Shown: positions 14,870 to 25,054, numbered from the stretch's first letter. The stretch is DNA of 35,007 bases from an uncultured bacterium (GCA_903825105.1 CAIJZI010000003.1:1-35007); one strand, 5' to 3'. Notes: generated from the letters alone by a model not told the origin. Numbers and translations are program-made.

Positions 14870-17043
14870 AACTCCTTATCACAACACAAGTGGTTGATTA
14901 TGATGACCCTATTCTCGGCTTTTTTCATAATTGGATTATTGAATTAGCAAAGAGCGCTGAATCAATCGAAGTAATTTGTTTAAAAGAAGGGAGGCACCAT
15001 TTACCAGAAAATGTACGCGTGCATTCTCTTCTTAAGGAACGCGGTAGACCGAAATTCATTCCGCGCATCATTTACTCTATTCGTTTTATAAAATATGCGT
15101 GGCGATTAAGAAATAAATATGACGAAGTCTTTGTGCATATGAACGAGGAATATATAGTTCTTGGCGGACTCATATGGCGCTTCCTTGGGAAGAGAATCAC
15201 GCTCTGGAGAAATTTTAAAACAGGGTCATATATGACTCCTATTGCTTGTAGACTTGCTCAAAAAGTTTGTTATACCTCGCCAGATTCATTTACGAGCAGA
15301 TATAAAAATACAGTACAGATGCCAATAGGCGTCGACACACATTTGTTTAAACCAAGTGATACAAAACTTGCATCGAATACCATCTTATTTTTTGGCCGAC
15401 TTGATGAGATAAAACGCCCAGACATTTTTCTTTCGGCACTTCAAATTCTCGCTGCCAAAAAAATAGGATACGAAGCGCATATTTATGGTGATCCGACGAC
15501 AGACAATGAAAAATATGCAGAAGATCTTAAATCGCAGTACAAAAATATTCCAAATATTTATTTTCACGCGGGTGTTTCAAATAAAGAAGCAGCAGAAATA
15601 TACAAAAAGCATGCGATTTATGTAAATCTCACGCCGTCGGGATCTTTTGATAAAACAATCGGCGAAGCGATGGCTTCTGGATGTTTGGTCATAACGGGGA
15701 ACAACGCGGTAAAAGAAATTATGCCGGCAGAATTATTTGTTGATGAAGAGACAGGCGAGAATGTCGTGCGCGCGCTCGAAAAGGCGCTTTCATTGTCAGA
15801 AAATGAGCGTGCGCAGATTACAAAAAAACAACGAGCATTTATTGAAGAAAAACACTCGCTGTCTCTGCTTGCCAAAAAACTTTTTGCAAAAAATAAAATA
15901 AAAGTAGCTTTGTGCATTAATAATCTGGGGATGGGTGGCGCTGAACGCGTGGTGGCAGAACTTGCCGAGCGCCTGGATCCAAATTATTTTGAATGCTCCG
16001 TCATTACTTTGTTTAAAAATCCAGATAAGAATTTTTTGGGAGAAATACCTTCTTCTTGTTCAGTAAAACAATTTTCTTTCTCCGGCTTTTTAGATCTTCA
16101 TTCACTGCGCGAGCTTTATCGATTTTTAAAAGAGACCAAACCAGATATTTTACATCTGCACTTGCCGAACACGGTTTTTATAGTGGGATGCATCGCTGCT
16201 GTTTTGCGCATTCCGTTTATTATTCACGAACATCAAATACATACATTCCACTCCTGGAAGATTCGTCTCATGTATGCCCTAATCAGACCATTTTCTGCAC
16301 TCACCATTTGTTATTCTGAAAAAGTTGAAAGAGGAATTTTTGCCTCAACGCATCTTCTCACAGCGCCACCAGAATTTTTAAAAAATCATTCATATACGGT
16401 CAGAAACGGCGTGGATATCTCGGCAATAAAAAATATCAGAGAAAAGCTCGATATCCACACAAAAAGAAATGAGCTCGACTTTAAAGATGATGATATCATC
16501 GTCACCTCCGCAGCTCGTTTTATTGAATGGAAGGGGCAGCGACTATTAATTGAAGCATTTGCAGAAATGGCATCTCGAGTGCCAAAGATGAAAATCTGTT
16601 TTTGTGGAGACGGAGCGCTCCTGCCTGAATTACAGCAACGAGCCAAGGATCTTGGTCTTGAAGATCGCATTATTTTTCTCGGCTCTCGTCACGATGTGCT
16701 CGAAATACTCGTCGCAAGTGATGTATCTTCGCTCGTATTTTCTTATCAGCAAGGGGTAGATTTGGACCCGTTCGGCATCGCTGGCATAGAAGCGATGGCG
16801 TGTGGTACACCACTCATTATTGGGCTCTATGAAGATTCGGACTGTCTGGAGGAGTGCCAGCGTATTGGAATTGTTGTAGAACCGAGGAATATTTCGGCTC
16901 TTGCCTCGGTACTCGTGAGGCTCGGAAGAGACCCTATACTGCGCAAAGAGATCGGAGAGATTGGTGCCCAATATGTGGCAGAGTTCTTTAATTGGGATAC
17001 TATACTACCTATCTACGAGACCTTGTATCGTCTTATTACATAA
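14866..17043 (+). CDS. Fusion of two GT4 glycosyltransferases (725 aa)
   Basis: First module has GSFDKTIGEAMASG. The second starts near KIKVALCINNLGMGGAE and has DPFGIAGIEAMACG. Confidence 0.85.
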   Translation: MKLLITTQVVDYDDPILGFFHNWIIELAKSAESIEVICLKEGRHHLPENVRVHSLLKERGRPKFIPRIIYSIRFIKYAWRLRNKYDEVFVHMNEEYIVLGGLIWRFLGKRITLWRNFKTGSYMTPIACRLAQKVCYTSPDSFTSRYKNTVQMPIGVDTHLFKPSDTKLASNTILFFGRLDEIKRPDIFLSALQILAAKKIGYEAHIYGDPTTDNEKYAEDLKSQYKNIPNIYFHAGVSNKEAAEIYKKHAIYVNLTPSGSFDKTIGEAMASGCLVITGNNAVKEIMPAELFVDEETGENVVRALEKALSLSENERAQITKKQRAFIEEKHSLSLLAKKLFAKNKIKVALCINNLGMGGAERVVAELAERLDPNYFECSVITLFKNPDKNFLGEIPSSCSVKQFSFSGFLDLHSLRELYRFLKETKPDILHLHLPNTVFIVGCIAAVLRIPFIIHEHQIHTFHSWKIRLMYALIRPFSALTICYSEKVERGIFASTHLLTAPPEFLKNHSYTVRNGVDISAIKNIREKLDIHTKRNELDFKDDDIIVTSAARFIEWKGQRLLIEAFAEMASRVPKMKICFCGDGALLPELQQRAKDLGLEDRIIFLGSRHDVLEILVASDVSSLVFSYQQGVDLDPFGIAGIEAMACGTPLIIGLYEDSDCLEECQRIGIVVEPRNISALASVLVRLGRDPILRKEIGEIGAQYVAEFFNWDTILPIYETLYRLIT

Positions 17044-17046
17044 ACT

Positions 17047-18201
17047 ATGTCTCTCTCAATAGTCACATTCGCGAATCTGGGCAAGAAGAGGAATTTAAAA
17101 ACTTCTGATATAGAGCCGGTTGTTGAGGTATTTGAAAAACACAAAGAGTTGAATCAAATCATTTGTCAGATCACAAAAGATTTTCATTTTCAAAATACAC
17201 AGTCCGCAGTGCCGAAAATAATTCGCTACACAATTCGCGTATTTGAAAAAGTATTTCGCATACCAGTCTCACGCAATATGGTAGAAAAACTTTTTGATTT
17301 TTTTGCAGCTTTGAAACTTAAAAAAAGTGAGATCGTTTTTTTTCATCCAGCAATGTTTATAAAAACAATGAAAGTTGCAAAAAAGCTCGGCAGTACTACG
17401 GTGGGAATTGCGGCAGCCGCGCACCCACTTTTTACGAAAGAATTATATGCAGAGGAGCTTAAGGTGTTGGGGCTTAAACAAGAACCGTATGCAGAGGCGT
17501 CAGAAGATAAGTTGGTGGTGAATACATTTGATTATATTGTCGCGATGTCTGAATTTGTTCAGTCGACCTATGAACGGTCGGGATTTCCGAAAGATAAAAT
17601 ATTCGTTGCCTATCCTGATAGTGATATAAAACGATTCACGCCAGCATCTTCTGAAACAAAAGATTCATTTAGGATTATTTATGTGGCGTATACCCAGCCC
17701 TTAAAAGGATTGGGCTATCTTCTCGATGCTTGGGAATCTTTAAACCTGAATGATATAGAACTTGTTATTGTAGGAGGATTTTCTCTCATGCCTGATGAAT
17801 TGAGAAAAAATTACACACAAAGAATCAATAGTGATTCGCGCATTACCTGGGTTCAGGATACTCAAACACCAGAAGTATATTATCGGGATGCCTCGGTATT
17901 TGTTCTGCCATCTCTCACCGAGGGATTTCCAAGAGTTACTCTTGAAGCTATGGCTTGTGGTCTTCCGGTCATCACAACTGAAAACGCAAGAGGAATAGTT
18001 GAAGATGGCAAAACAGGGTTTATTGTGCCAATCCGTGACGCCGGTGCAATTAAAGAAAAAATAGAATATTTATATAATAATCGCGATGTTGCTAGGCAGA
18101 TGGGAATAGATGCGAGGCGAGCAATAGAAAATAAAAGACCATTTGGAGAAGCGGTGTATGAAATATATCAAGAAATTATTAATCGCGAACACACAGTATG
18201 A
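17047..18201 (+). CDS. Glycosyltransferase family 4
   Basis: PLKG and SLTEGFPRVTLEAMACGLPVI. Confidence 0.88.
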   Translation: MSLSIVTFANLGKKRNLKTSDIEPVVEVFEKHKELNQIICQITKDFHFQNTQSAVPKIIRYTIRVFEKVFRIPVSRNMVEKLFDFFAALKLKKSEIVFFHPAMFIKTMKVAKKLGSTTVGIAAAAHPLFTKELYAEELKVLGLKQEPYAEASEDKLVVNTFDYIVAMSEFVQSTYERSGFPKDKIFVAYPDSDIKRFTPASSETKDSFRIIYVAYTQPLKGLGYLLDAWESLNLNDIELVIVGGFSLMPDELRKNYTQRINSDSRITWVQDTQTPEVYYRDASVFVLPSLTEGFPRVTLEAMACGLPVITTENARGIVEDGKTGFIVPIRDAGAIKEKIEYLYNNRDVARQMGIDARRAIENKRPFGEAVYEIYQEIINREHTV

Positions 18202-19046
18202 ATATGCAGCCATTTTTTTATAGAATCTCGCGTTTCTTCGGAATGATGAAGTGGATTCGGTGGGGACTGCGCTACAAGATTTTTACCTATTTAAAACCAA
18301 TCAATCTTGAATTTTCAGCCCCATTCTATGGGTGCGTCTATAAAGGGAATCTGAATAATTTTATCGGCCGCGTGGTATATTTTTTTGGTGCACACGAACG
18401 GCAGGTTATGGAGTATATGGGGTCTAAAATCGATGGAGAGAGTATTGTGCTTGATATCGGCGCGAATGTGGGGCATCACTCATTATTTTTTTCGGCCAAA
18501 GCGAAAGAAGTGCATTCTTTTGAGCCAAATCCAGAATTCCATCATCAATTTGATGCGCTCATGAAGGAAAACAACATTACTAATGTGCATCTTCACAAAT
18601 TCGGATTAGGCGCCAGTACACAAACTGCGGAGTATTATGCACCAACAGGCGACAATCGTGGTGTCGGTTCTTTTATAGAAAATCACGAGAGTTCAAATGA
18701 AAAGGTGGGCGAAATGCAGATCATACATGGAGATGAGGCTGTCAGTGCGTTACAATTATCACGCATCGATTTCATAAAGATAGATGTTGAGGGATACGAA
18801 GAATCAGTACTGCGAGGGCTACAAAAAACGATACAGAAATTCAAACCAATTATCATACTGGAATATGAAGCCAGTGATTTTTCTTCCGAAAAAAGCTTCT
18901 ATGATTTAATTGCCGGGTACACACCATTCTTGCTTAAAGCGAATACAGCAGTTTTGTTTTTGTTTAATAATCCAGCGTGTAACGCGACTCCGTTTGATTT
19001 CACGAAAGCATATGGAGAAGTGCTGTTGATACCAAACAGAATATAA
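18198..19046 (+). CDS. FkbM-family SAM-dependent methyltransferase
   Basis: VLDIGANVG, VHSFEP and IDFIKIDVEGYE. Confidence 0.92.
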   Translation: MNMQPFFYRISRFFGMMKWIRWGLRYKIFTYLKPINLEFSAPFYGCVYKGNLNNFIGRVVYFFGAHERQVMEYMGSKIDGESIVLDIGANVGHHSLFFSAKAKEVHSFEPNPEFHHQFDALMKENNITNVHLHKFGLGASTQTAEYYAPTGDNRGVGSFIENHESSNEKVGEMQIIHGDEAVSALQLSRIDFIKIDVEGYEESVLRGLQKTIQKFKPIIILEYEASDFSSEKSFYDLIAGYTPFLLKANTAVLFLFNNPACNATPFDFTKAYGEVLLIPNRI

Positions 19047-19051
19047 ATCAT

Positions 19052-19648
19052 ATGAACTATCCACACGAAAATTTTATTAAAGAAAAAATAACTGAGATAA
19101 GTAAAGAAAAGATAATTCTAGATGTTGGCGGCGGTACGCATTTCCAAAAATGGCTAAAAGAATACGAACATTTGTTCGTAAACTCTGAATACAAAACATT
19201 TGATTTTGATAGCTCAACCGGCGCTGATGTTATTGGCGACATTCATAAGATGCCCGTGCCAGACGAAAGCGTCGAAGCGATTATCTGTAGCTCGGTGCTT
19301 GAACATGTAAAAGATCCTTCTATTGCGGTCAATGAAATGCACAGAATATTAAAAAAAGGCGGGAAGATTTTCGTCTATGTTCCGTCTATTTATCCGTATC
19401 ATGCGCGGAAGGGGCACTACCCAGACTACTGGAGATTTTTTGATGATACTCTGGAAGTGATGTTTACGGAGTGGAGTAAAGTTGAAATTATGAAAGTTGG
19501 TGGGTACTTCAAGGCACTCTTTTTCTTTATACCAATGCAACATAAAATTCGTTTTATTATTGATCCAACAGCGCAGTTTTTAGACAATCTGTTTCAGACA
19601 CAGAAGCGCACGACCACTTCTGGATACTGCGTTTATGCAATAAAATGA
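19052..19648 (+). CDS. Class I SAM-dependent methyltransferase (Methyltransf_11-like)
   Basis: ILDVGGG, VLEHV, EMHRILKKGG and DYWRF. Confidence 0.88.
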   Translation: MNYPHENFIKEKITEISKEKIILDVGGGTHFQKWLKEYEHLFVNSEYKTFDFDSSTGADVIGDIHKMPVPDESVEAIICSSVLEHVKDPSIAVNEMHRILKKGGKIFVYVPSIYPYHARKGHYPDYWRFFDDTLEVMFTEWSKVEIMKVGGYFKALFFFIPMQHKIRFIIDPTAQFLDNLFQTQKRTTTSGYCVYAIK

Positions 19649-19649
19649 T

Positions 19650-20435
19650 ATGAAATTTGTTATACGAGATGACGATTTAAATTACTTTTCGAAACTATCT
19701 GACATCGAACGGTGGTATGCAGATATTTTTACCAAACGCATTCCCGTTGGATTTTCTACCATTCCATTTGTAAAAAAAGAGAGCGATGTCTATACCGAAG
19801 GCTCTGGGGAAGAGAGTGCAGAATATCCCATCAGTACTAATTTTGAACTTGTTACCTATATCAGAAATAATCCGTATATTGAAATTCTTCAGCACGGCAC
19901 AACGCATGAGACAAAAGATGGTGTGTTTGAATACCGAAGGAAAAGAGGTTTGATAGAAGAGACACTCCGTGGGAAAAAAGAATTAGAAAATGCTTTTGGC
20001 GACAAATTTAAAAATGTTTTTGTTCCGCCACACGATTGGATCGGGAGTCACGGGGTACTCGCTGTTGAAGCTGCTGGCGAGAATATAATCCGCGGGCGAG
20101 GGGCGGGGCTGAAGAATTTTATTTTTAGGAGCGCGTATGTAGGTATATTTTTCAGAATGGTGTTCTTTAAAGCTAAACATTTTTTTACCGGAATAATTCC
20201 TGCGTATCCATTTGTCCTTGATTTTGGCGGGCATAAAGAAGCGTGTTCATATCGGCTCGAAGATACAGATATATTTTCTGGACTCGACTATGTACAAAAA
20301 AAGAACGGTATCTTCGTTGTGGTAACACACTTGCACGCGCTTACTACTGATAAAAAAGAACGATTGCTAGAGTTGATTGAGACTGCAAAAGAATATAATG
20401 CAGAGTTTGTCTACCCGCACGAACTTTTCGTATGA
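19650..20435 (+). CDS. Polysaccharide deacetylase-like protein (DUF2334/NodB-like)
   Basis: IRDDD, EILQHGTTH and FVPPHD metal/catalytic motifs. Confidence 0.8.
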   Translation: MKFVIRDDDLNYFSKLSDIERWYADIFTKRIPVGFSTIPFVKKESDVYTEGSGEESAEYPISTNFELVTYIRNNPYIEILQHGTTHETKDGVFEYRRKRGLIEETLRGKKELENAFGDKFKNVFVPPHDWIGSHGVLAVEAAGENIIRGRGAGLKNFIFRSAYVGIFFRMVFFKAKHFFTGIIPAYPFVLDFGGHKEACSYRLEDTDIFSGLDYVQKKNGIFVVVTHLHALTTDKKERLLELIETAKEYNAEFVYPHELFV

Positions 20436-21322
20436 CCCCAGATACACAATTAGCCATCGTTATTCCAACAAAAAATCGTCGTGCTTTACTTGAACGAGCG
20501 CTCGCGAGCGTCGCTAAACAATCATACGATTCATACAGAATCATTATTGTGAACGATGGCTCCACTGACGATACGCGAGAGTATCTCGATTCACTTACTG
20601 ATTCGCGAATCACCGTCATACATAACTTAAAAAGTTGTGGGGTTAATGCTGCGCGCAACAGCGCATTTAAAATGCTTCAAGAAGGCGAGTGGGCAATACC
20701 GCTCGACGACGATGACATGTTCTTACCAGATGCTTTTCAGATGATTGCAGAAAAAATTAAAAACATCCCTTCCACCATACAAATCGCCTGTTTCAACACC
20801 GTTATTTCTAAACATACAGGAGAGTATGTGGGCGGTAGAAGGTTTCTCGATGGAGAAAAATGGTACGACCCTTCGTATCACGCGATTATGACGGGCGAAG
20901 GACTCCGAACAGAGGGCGATAATCACTTTGCTTTAAAAGGGACCCTCTTCCCAAAATATCTCTTCCAAGAAGATATAAATGGTTTTGAAGGCGAGTGGTG
21001 GCAGAATGTGGCGCGCGATATGGTCGGGATACGCTATTTCCCTGAAAAAATAATTTGGATAGACCTGTCACACGCAGGAGAACATTTAAGTAATGTTGCC
21101 GCACGGCGTGACCCATCTTCATTTGTGAGAGCGCATCGACGGCTGTTTAAAGGTCACAAAAAATTCTTTGCAGACAATCCACGCATCGCGATGAATCGTG
21201 CAGTAGTTGGAATGAAGCTTTCTGTCAGAGCATTCAATCCAATGGCCGGGGCGATGTTTCTCAGCTCCTATTTACAGGCTTTGTGGCGACTCATGGCCCG
21301 TTGCTCTGAAAAAAAGAAATAG
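20432..21322 (+). CDS. Glycosyltransferase family 2
   Basis: IVIPTKNR, VNDGSTD, NAARN and PLDDDD. Confidence 0.92.
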   Translation: MTPDTQLAIVIPTKNRRALLERALASVAKQSYDSYRIIIVNDGSTDDTREYLDSLTDSRITVIHNLKSCGVNAARNSAFKMLQEGEWAIPLDDDDMFLPDAFQMIAEKIKNIPSTIQIACFNTVISKHTGEYVGGRRFLDGEKWYDPSYHAIMTGEGLRTEGDNHFALKGTLFPKYLFQEDINGFEGEWWQNVARDMVGIRYFPEKIIWIDLSHAGEHLSNVAARRDPSSFVRAHRRLFKGHKKFFADNPRIAMNRAVVGMKLSVRAFNPMAGAMFLSSYLQALWRLMARCSEKKK

Positions 21323-22549
21323 CGTTACGACAATAGCGATACTGTCGGTCAGTATTCGTGCGAAGAGCATACCCAAAATGCCATAAGAAAGAAGAAGGGG
21401 GATTTGTAAAAAGACCAAGAGGAGGGGATTTAAGAGGCCGACAATGTAGAGCTCGCGCTTCAATTGTTTTGCGATAAGCGCGGTCGTAATCATATTAAGG
21501 ACGGCGAGCAGTACAATAATGACCGCATAGACTTGGGTGTACCACACAGTGTTCATATACCGAGGGAAGAGAAGATGAAAGAGATACGGGGCGCACAGAA
21601 TGTACGCAATCGTCGCGAGAGAGGCAAAGACCGCGACGCGTGCTAATTTCGGGAGGATATTTTCTTTAATAGAAGCATGGGTTTGATTAGAAAATTTTGG
21701 CAATGAGGCAACGCCAATGAAATTAAAAAATCCAGAAGCTTTTTCTGGTATCATGGTCGCGAAACTGTACACAGCGAGATTTATAGGGCCGAGGAAATGG
21801 AAGACAAGGATTGAATCAAGTTGTGTAAGAATTGTCCCGAAAGCATTTATGACACTCAAGTGTTTGCCATACGGTATGGTTTCAGGATCGACGGAATCAT
21901 TCGGTCTGTAACTTTTTAAAGTCTTCCAGTATACATACGCAGTGGCAATAGTGTTTACACCTATATTTACAAGAAGGAGGAGTGGCGCGTTCTTTAAGAA
22001 AATAATAGCTATGAAGATCGAAACATAGTAGGTAATGGTAATAATAAGATTAAATTGGAATCCTTTTTTGAATTCTTTCTTTCCGTTTAGAAATGCTGCA
22101 TAGGTGCTAAAGGTGTTAACAAGCGGTGTTAAAAACGCTATACACACAAGACCGATACCGATCTCATTATTGCTGTGCAGGAAATAATATATGGCGCCTG
22201 CGATACTTAAAATTCCTGGCACGACAGCCCATTGTAGTTGCGCGCGGACTGAAGTTCTAAGCGCGCCTTCATAGCCGCGGGCGACGGCTTGGGTCACCGC
22301 ATTCGTCATACCGCCAAGCATCAGCGCACTCGCGAGCGCTGACAGCGAGAGGAGGTATTGATAGGTGCCGTAGGTTTCAGGAGATAAGAAATTTGCGAAG
22401 GCAACAGACAATAGTACTGCCAGTACTGAAGTAATAATGAAATTAAGATTTACCCAAAAGCCCGTTTTTACCAAATAGACCATATCGGTCTTGGTATATT
22501 TCTCGCTCGAGCGCAGAAGGGAAATAATGCGTATCTTAAGGTTTGCCAT
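21272..22549 (-). CDS. wzx: Wzx-type oligosaccharide flippase (polysaccharide biosynthesis protein)
   Basis: Many TM helices; YGTYQY early loop; YGKHLS...DSILV...LAVYSFA pattern. Start moved to ATG 22549 (TATGAT 7 nt upstream). Confidence 0.8.
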   Translation of the reverse strand: MANLKIRIISLLRSSEKYTKTDMVYLVKTGFWVNLNFIITSVLAVLLSVAFANFLSPETYGTYQYLLSLSALASALMLGGMTNAVTQAVARGYEGALRTSVRAQLQWAVVPGILSIAGAIYYFLHSNNEIGIGLVCIAFLTPLVNTFSTYAAFLNGKKEFKKGFQFNLIITITYYVSIFIAIIFLKNAPLLLLVNIGVNTIATAYVYWKTLKSYRPNDSVDPETIPYGKHLSVINAFGTILTQLDSILVFHFLGPINLAVYSFATMIPEKASGFFNFIGVASLPKFSNQTHASIKENILPKLARVAVFASLATIAYILCAPYLFHLLFPRYMNTVWYTQVYAVIIVLLAVLNMITTALIAKQLKRELYIVGLLNPLLLVFLQIPLLLSYGILGMLFARILTDSIAIVVTLFLFFRATGHESPQSL

Positions 22550-22597
22550 AAGCTCTATCATACAGAATATACCTAGATATGGTATATTTCTTTCATT

Positions 22598-24787
22598 ATG
22601 AAAAAAGACGGTACCGCGGTGCATATTTCCAAATGGATTTCTCTCAGTGCGCTCTTTCTTATCACCCTAGCGCCGCTTGTGGTGCCCAGTTCGTACTTTT
22701 TCCCCTTTATTACTGGCAAAGCATTTTTCTTTAGGATTCTGGTAGAGATTGCCGTTTGTGCTTGGGTAGTGCTTGCCTTTCTTGATAAAGAATATCGTCC
22801 GCGCTTTTCTTGGATTGGTGGAGTAGTTCTTGCTTTTACTTTATGGATGTTTGTCGCTGACTGTTTCGCGATTAATCCTATGAAAGCATTTTGGAGCAAT
22901 TTCGAACGAATGGAAGGGTGGGTATTACTCATTCATCTCTTTGGATTTTTTGTGGTTGCGAGTTCAGTTCTTCGGGTAGAAAAAAAGTGGCGCGCATGGT
23001 TTCTTGCTTCGCTTGGCGTTTCTGTCGTTGTATCGTTGTATGCGATTCTTCAAGTCGCAGGAGTTTTGCAGATTCATCAAGGGTCTACGCGCATTGATGC
23101 CACTTTCGGCAATTCTGCATATCTGGCAATTTATTTTCTCTTTAATGTATTTATTGCACTCTGGCTCGCTTTCTCATCCAAAGATGAATCGGGAAAATCT
23201 GATAAACAAAAATGGCTCAAGTGGTCACTTATCACTCTCGCTGCTGTTGAGGCTGTGCTTATCTTTCTTACCGAGACGCGCGGAGCTATCTTAGGACTCG
23301 TGGGAGCACTCGCTCTTGTCGCACTTCTCGTTTCTCTTACCGCAGGGAAGCGCTTCCGCCGCTTTGCGATGGGCGCATTCGCTGGGATTCTTATCTTGAG
23401 CGGAATTTTTTATCTCGCACGCAACTCAAGTGTCGTTCAACAAAATCACGTCCTGCATCGCATTGCATCGATCTCTCCAGCTGATGGCCAAACACGATTC
23501 ACCATTTGGCATATAGCATTTCAGGGTGTGGCTGAGCGGCCTATTGTCGGATGGGGTCAAGAAGGTTTCAATTATGTTTTTAGTAAATATTTTGACCCGT
23601 CGCTGTATCAACAGGAAGCATGGTTCGACCGCGCACACAATGCCTTTATTGATTGGCTTATCGCAGGAGGTGTTCCAGCATTTATTCTGTACCTTTCACT
23701 TTTTGTTTCTGCAATTATCCTGCTTTGGAAACGATCAGAGCTCGCGCGCTCAGAAAGAATATTCTTAACAGCGGCGCTTGTCGGGTATGCCTGTCACAAT
23801 CTGTTTGTATTCGACAATCTATATTCCTACATTTATTTTTTCGCGATACTCGCGCTTATTGATTCTCAAATCGCACGGCCATTCGCTTTTTTTGAGCACA
23901 CACCAGAACTAAGTGCCGAGGATGGCACACTCTACGCTCTACCCGTCGCTCTTGTCGCTGCGTGTACACTTATTTGGACGGTTAATGTATCGGGCATAAA
24001 CACATCGTCAAAACTTATTGCTGCTTTGTCGACACAAGGGAATGACCTCCCAACGAGCATTGCTCTTTTTGAAGATCTCGCAGCGCACCCCTCATTTGCT
24101 TCACAAGAAATTCGCGAACAGCTGGTAAGCTACGAGTCATCGGTTGTGCAAAATTCGTCCGCAACAAATGAAGAAAAACAGAAAGTAGCATCACTTGCGA
24201 TAAGTGAAATGCAAAAACAAACAGCAGAATATCCGCTCGATGTACGCGAGCATTTGGAACTTTTTGTTGCCTATCGAACGGCGGGGGACAATGAGAATGC
24301 ATCAAAAGAGATGGAAACGGCGATTAAACTTTCTCCAAAAAAGGAAACGACTTGGATTCAAGCGGGAGTTTTTGAAATGGCGATTGGTAACATACAAATG
24401 GCGCAAGCAGATTTTAATGTCGCGTATCTGCTCGGTCCACAATTTTCTGAACTCGCCGCGTATGCAGCGGCAGGAGATATTATGGTGGGAGATAAGACAA
24501 CAGGAGACAAACTCCTTCTCGGGGCATATGGCACGACGACCGTGGATAGCGACATCCTCGCTGTCGCGTATTACCGAACGAAAGATTGGCAGCGTCTTAT
24601 AAACCTTTGGGTGCTGCGCGTAAATAATGCGAATGCATCCGTACAGACATGGTTCGGACTCGCATCGGCGTATTATGTTTCTGGTGATACTCTGGGTGCC
24701 GTTAAAGTAATTAAAGAAGCTGTACAAAAATATCCAGAAGCCGCTCAATCGGGTGCGGCGATAATTTCAGAGATAGAAAAAAAATAA
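22598..24787 (+). CDS. O-antigen ligase-like (Wzy_C) membrane protein with C-terminal TPR-like helical domain
   Basis: ATFGNSAY, TETRGA, R...W...G.ERPIVGWGQEGF and AHNAFID...GG. Polytopic N-terminal half and helical C-terminal ~250 aa. Confidence 0.85.
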   Translation: MKKDGTAVHISKWISLSALFLITLAPLVVPSSYFFPFITGKAFFFRILVEIAVCAWVVLAFLDKEYRPRFSWIGGVVLAFTLWMFVADCFAINPMKAFWSNFERMEGWVLLIHLFGFFVVASSVLRVEKKWRAWFLASLGVSVVVSLYAILQVAGVLQIHQGSTRIDATFGNSAYLAIYFLFNVFIALWLAFSSKDESGKSDKQKWLKWSLITLAAVEAVLIFLTETRGAILGLVGALALVALLVSLTAGKRFRRFAMGAFAGILILSGIFYLARNSSVVQQNHVLHRIASISPADGQTRFTIWHIAFQGVAERPIVGWGQEGFNYVFSKYFDPSLYQQEAWFDRAHNAFIDWLIAGGVPAFILYLSLFVSAIILLWKRSELARSERIFLTAALVGYACHNLFVFDNLYSYIYFFAILALIDSQIARPFAFFEHTPELSAEDGTLYALPVALVAACTLIWTVNVSGINTSSKLIAALSTQGNDLPTSIALFEDLAAHPSFASQEIREQLVSYESSVVQNSSATNEEKQKVASLAISEMQKQTAEYPLDVREHLELFVAYRTAGDNENASKEMETAIKLSPKKETTWIQAGVFEMAIGNIQMAQADFNVAYLLGPQFSELAAYAAAGDIMVGDKTTGDKLLLGAYGTTTVDSDILAVAYYRTKDWQRLINLWVLRVNNANASVQTWFGLASAYYVSGDTLGAVKVIKEAVQKYPEAAQSGAAIISEIEKK

Positions 24788-24818
24788 TGGCTCATTAAAT
24801 TTTTTATTTTTATAAAAG

Positions 24819-24827
24819 TTATCCACA
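24819..24827 (+). promoter_or_regulatory. Perfect DnaA box TTATCCACA
   Basis: Exact consensus in an AT-rich intergenic region upstream of the Lys-rich peptide ORF. Confidence 0.5.
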
Positions 24828-24919
24828 GATATTTTTTTTCATCATACAAAAGTTTTTTTACGCGCGATAATAATATGCAGAGGTCGACATATTAACCTAA
24901 ATTTTAATTCGCAACCACC

Positions 24920-24988
24920 ATGGCAAAAAAGAAAGTAGCAAAGAAGGCAAAGAAAGTAGCGAAGAAGACAGCAAAGAAGCGAATCTAG
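24920..24988 (+). CDS. 22-aa Lys/Ala-rich histone-H1-like peptide, absent from the ORF track
   Basis: Translates to MAKKKVAKKAKKVAKKTAKKRI (11 K + 1 R, AKK repeats). It sits alone in the intergenic region and is followed by a terminator. Confidence 0.65.
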   Translation: MAKKKVAKKAKKVAKKTAKKRI

Positions 24989-25010
24989 TTTCCTATCTGC
25001 CGCGGCAGGC

Positions 25011-25054
25011 AGAAAAAGAAAGAATCCACTCGTGAGAGCGGATTTTTTCTTTTT
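25011..25054 (+). terminator. Intrinsic terminator after the Lys-rich peptide gene
   Basis: AGAATCCACTC-gtga-GAGCGGATTTT stem followed by TTCTTTTT. Confidence 0.7.

Noticed and set aside
9789-24787. LPS O-antigen biosynthesis locus
   Set aside because: No lipid A/core genes are present in the window, and the inferred lineage is not known to make LPS. The family names alone do not establish the acceptor.
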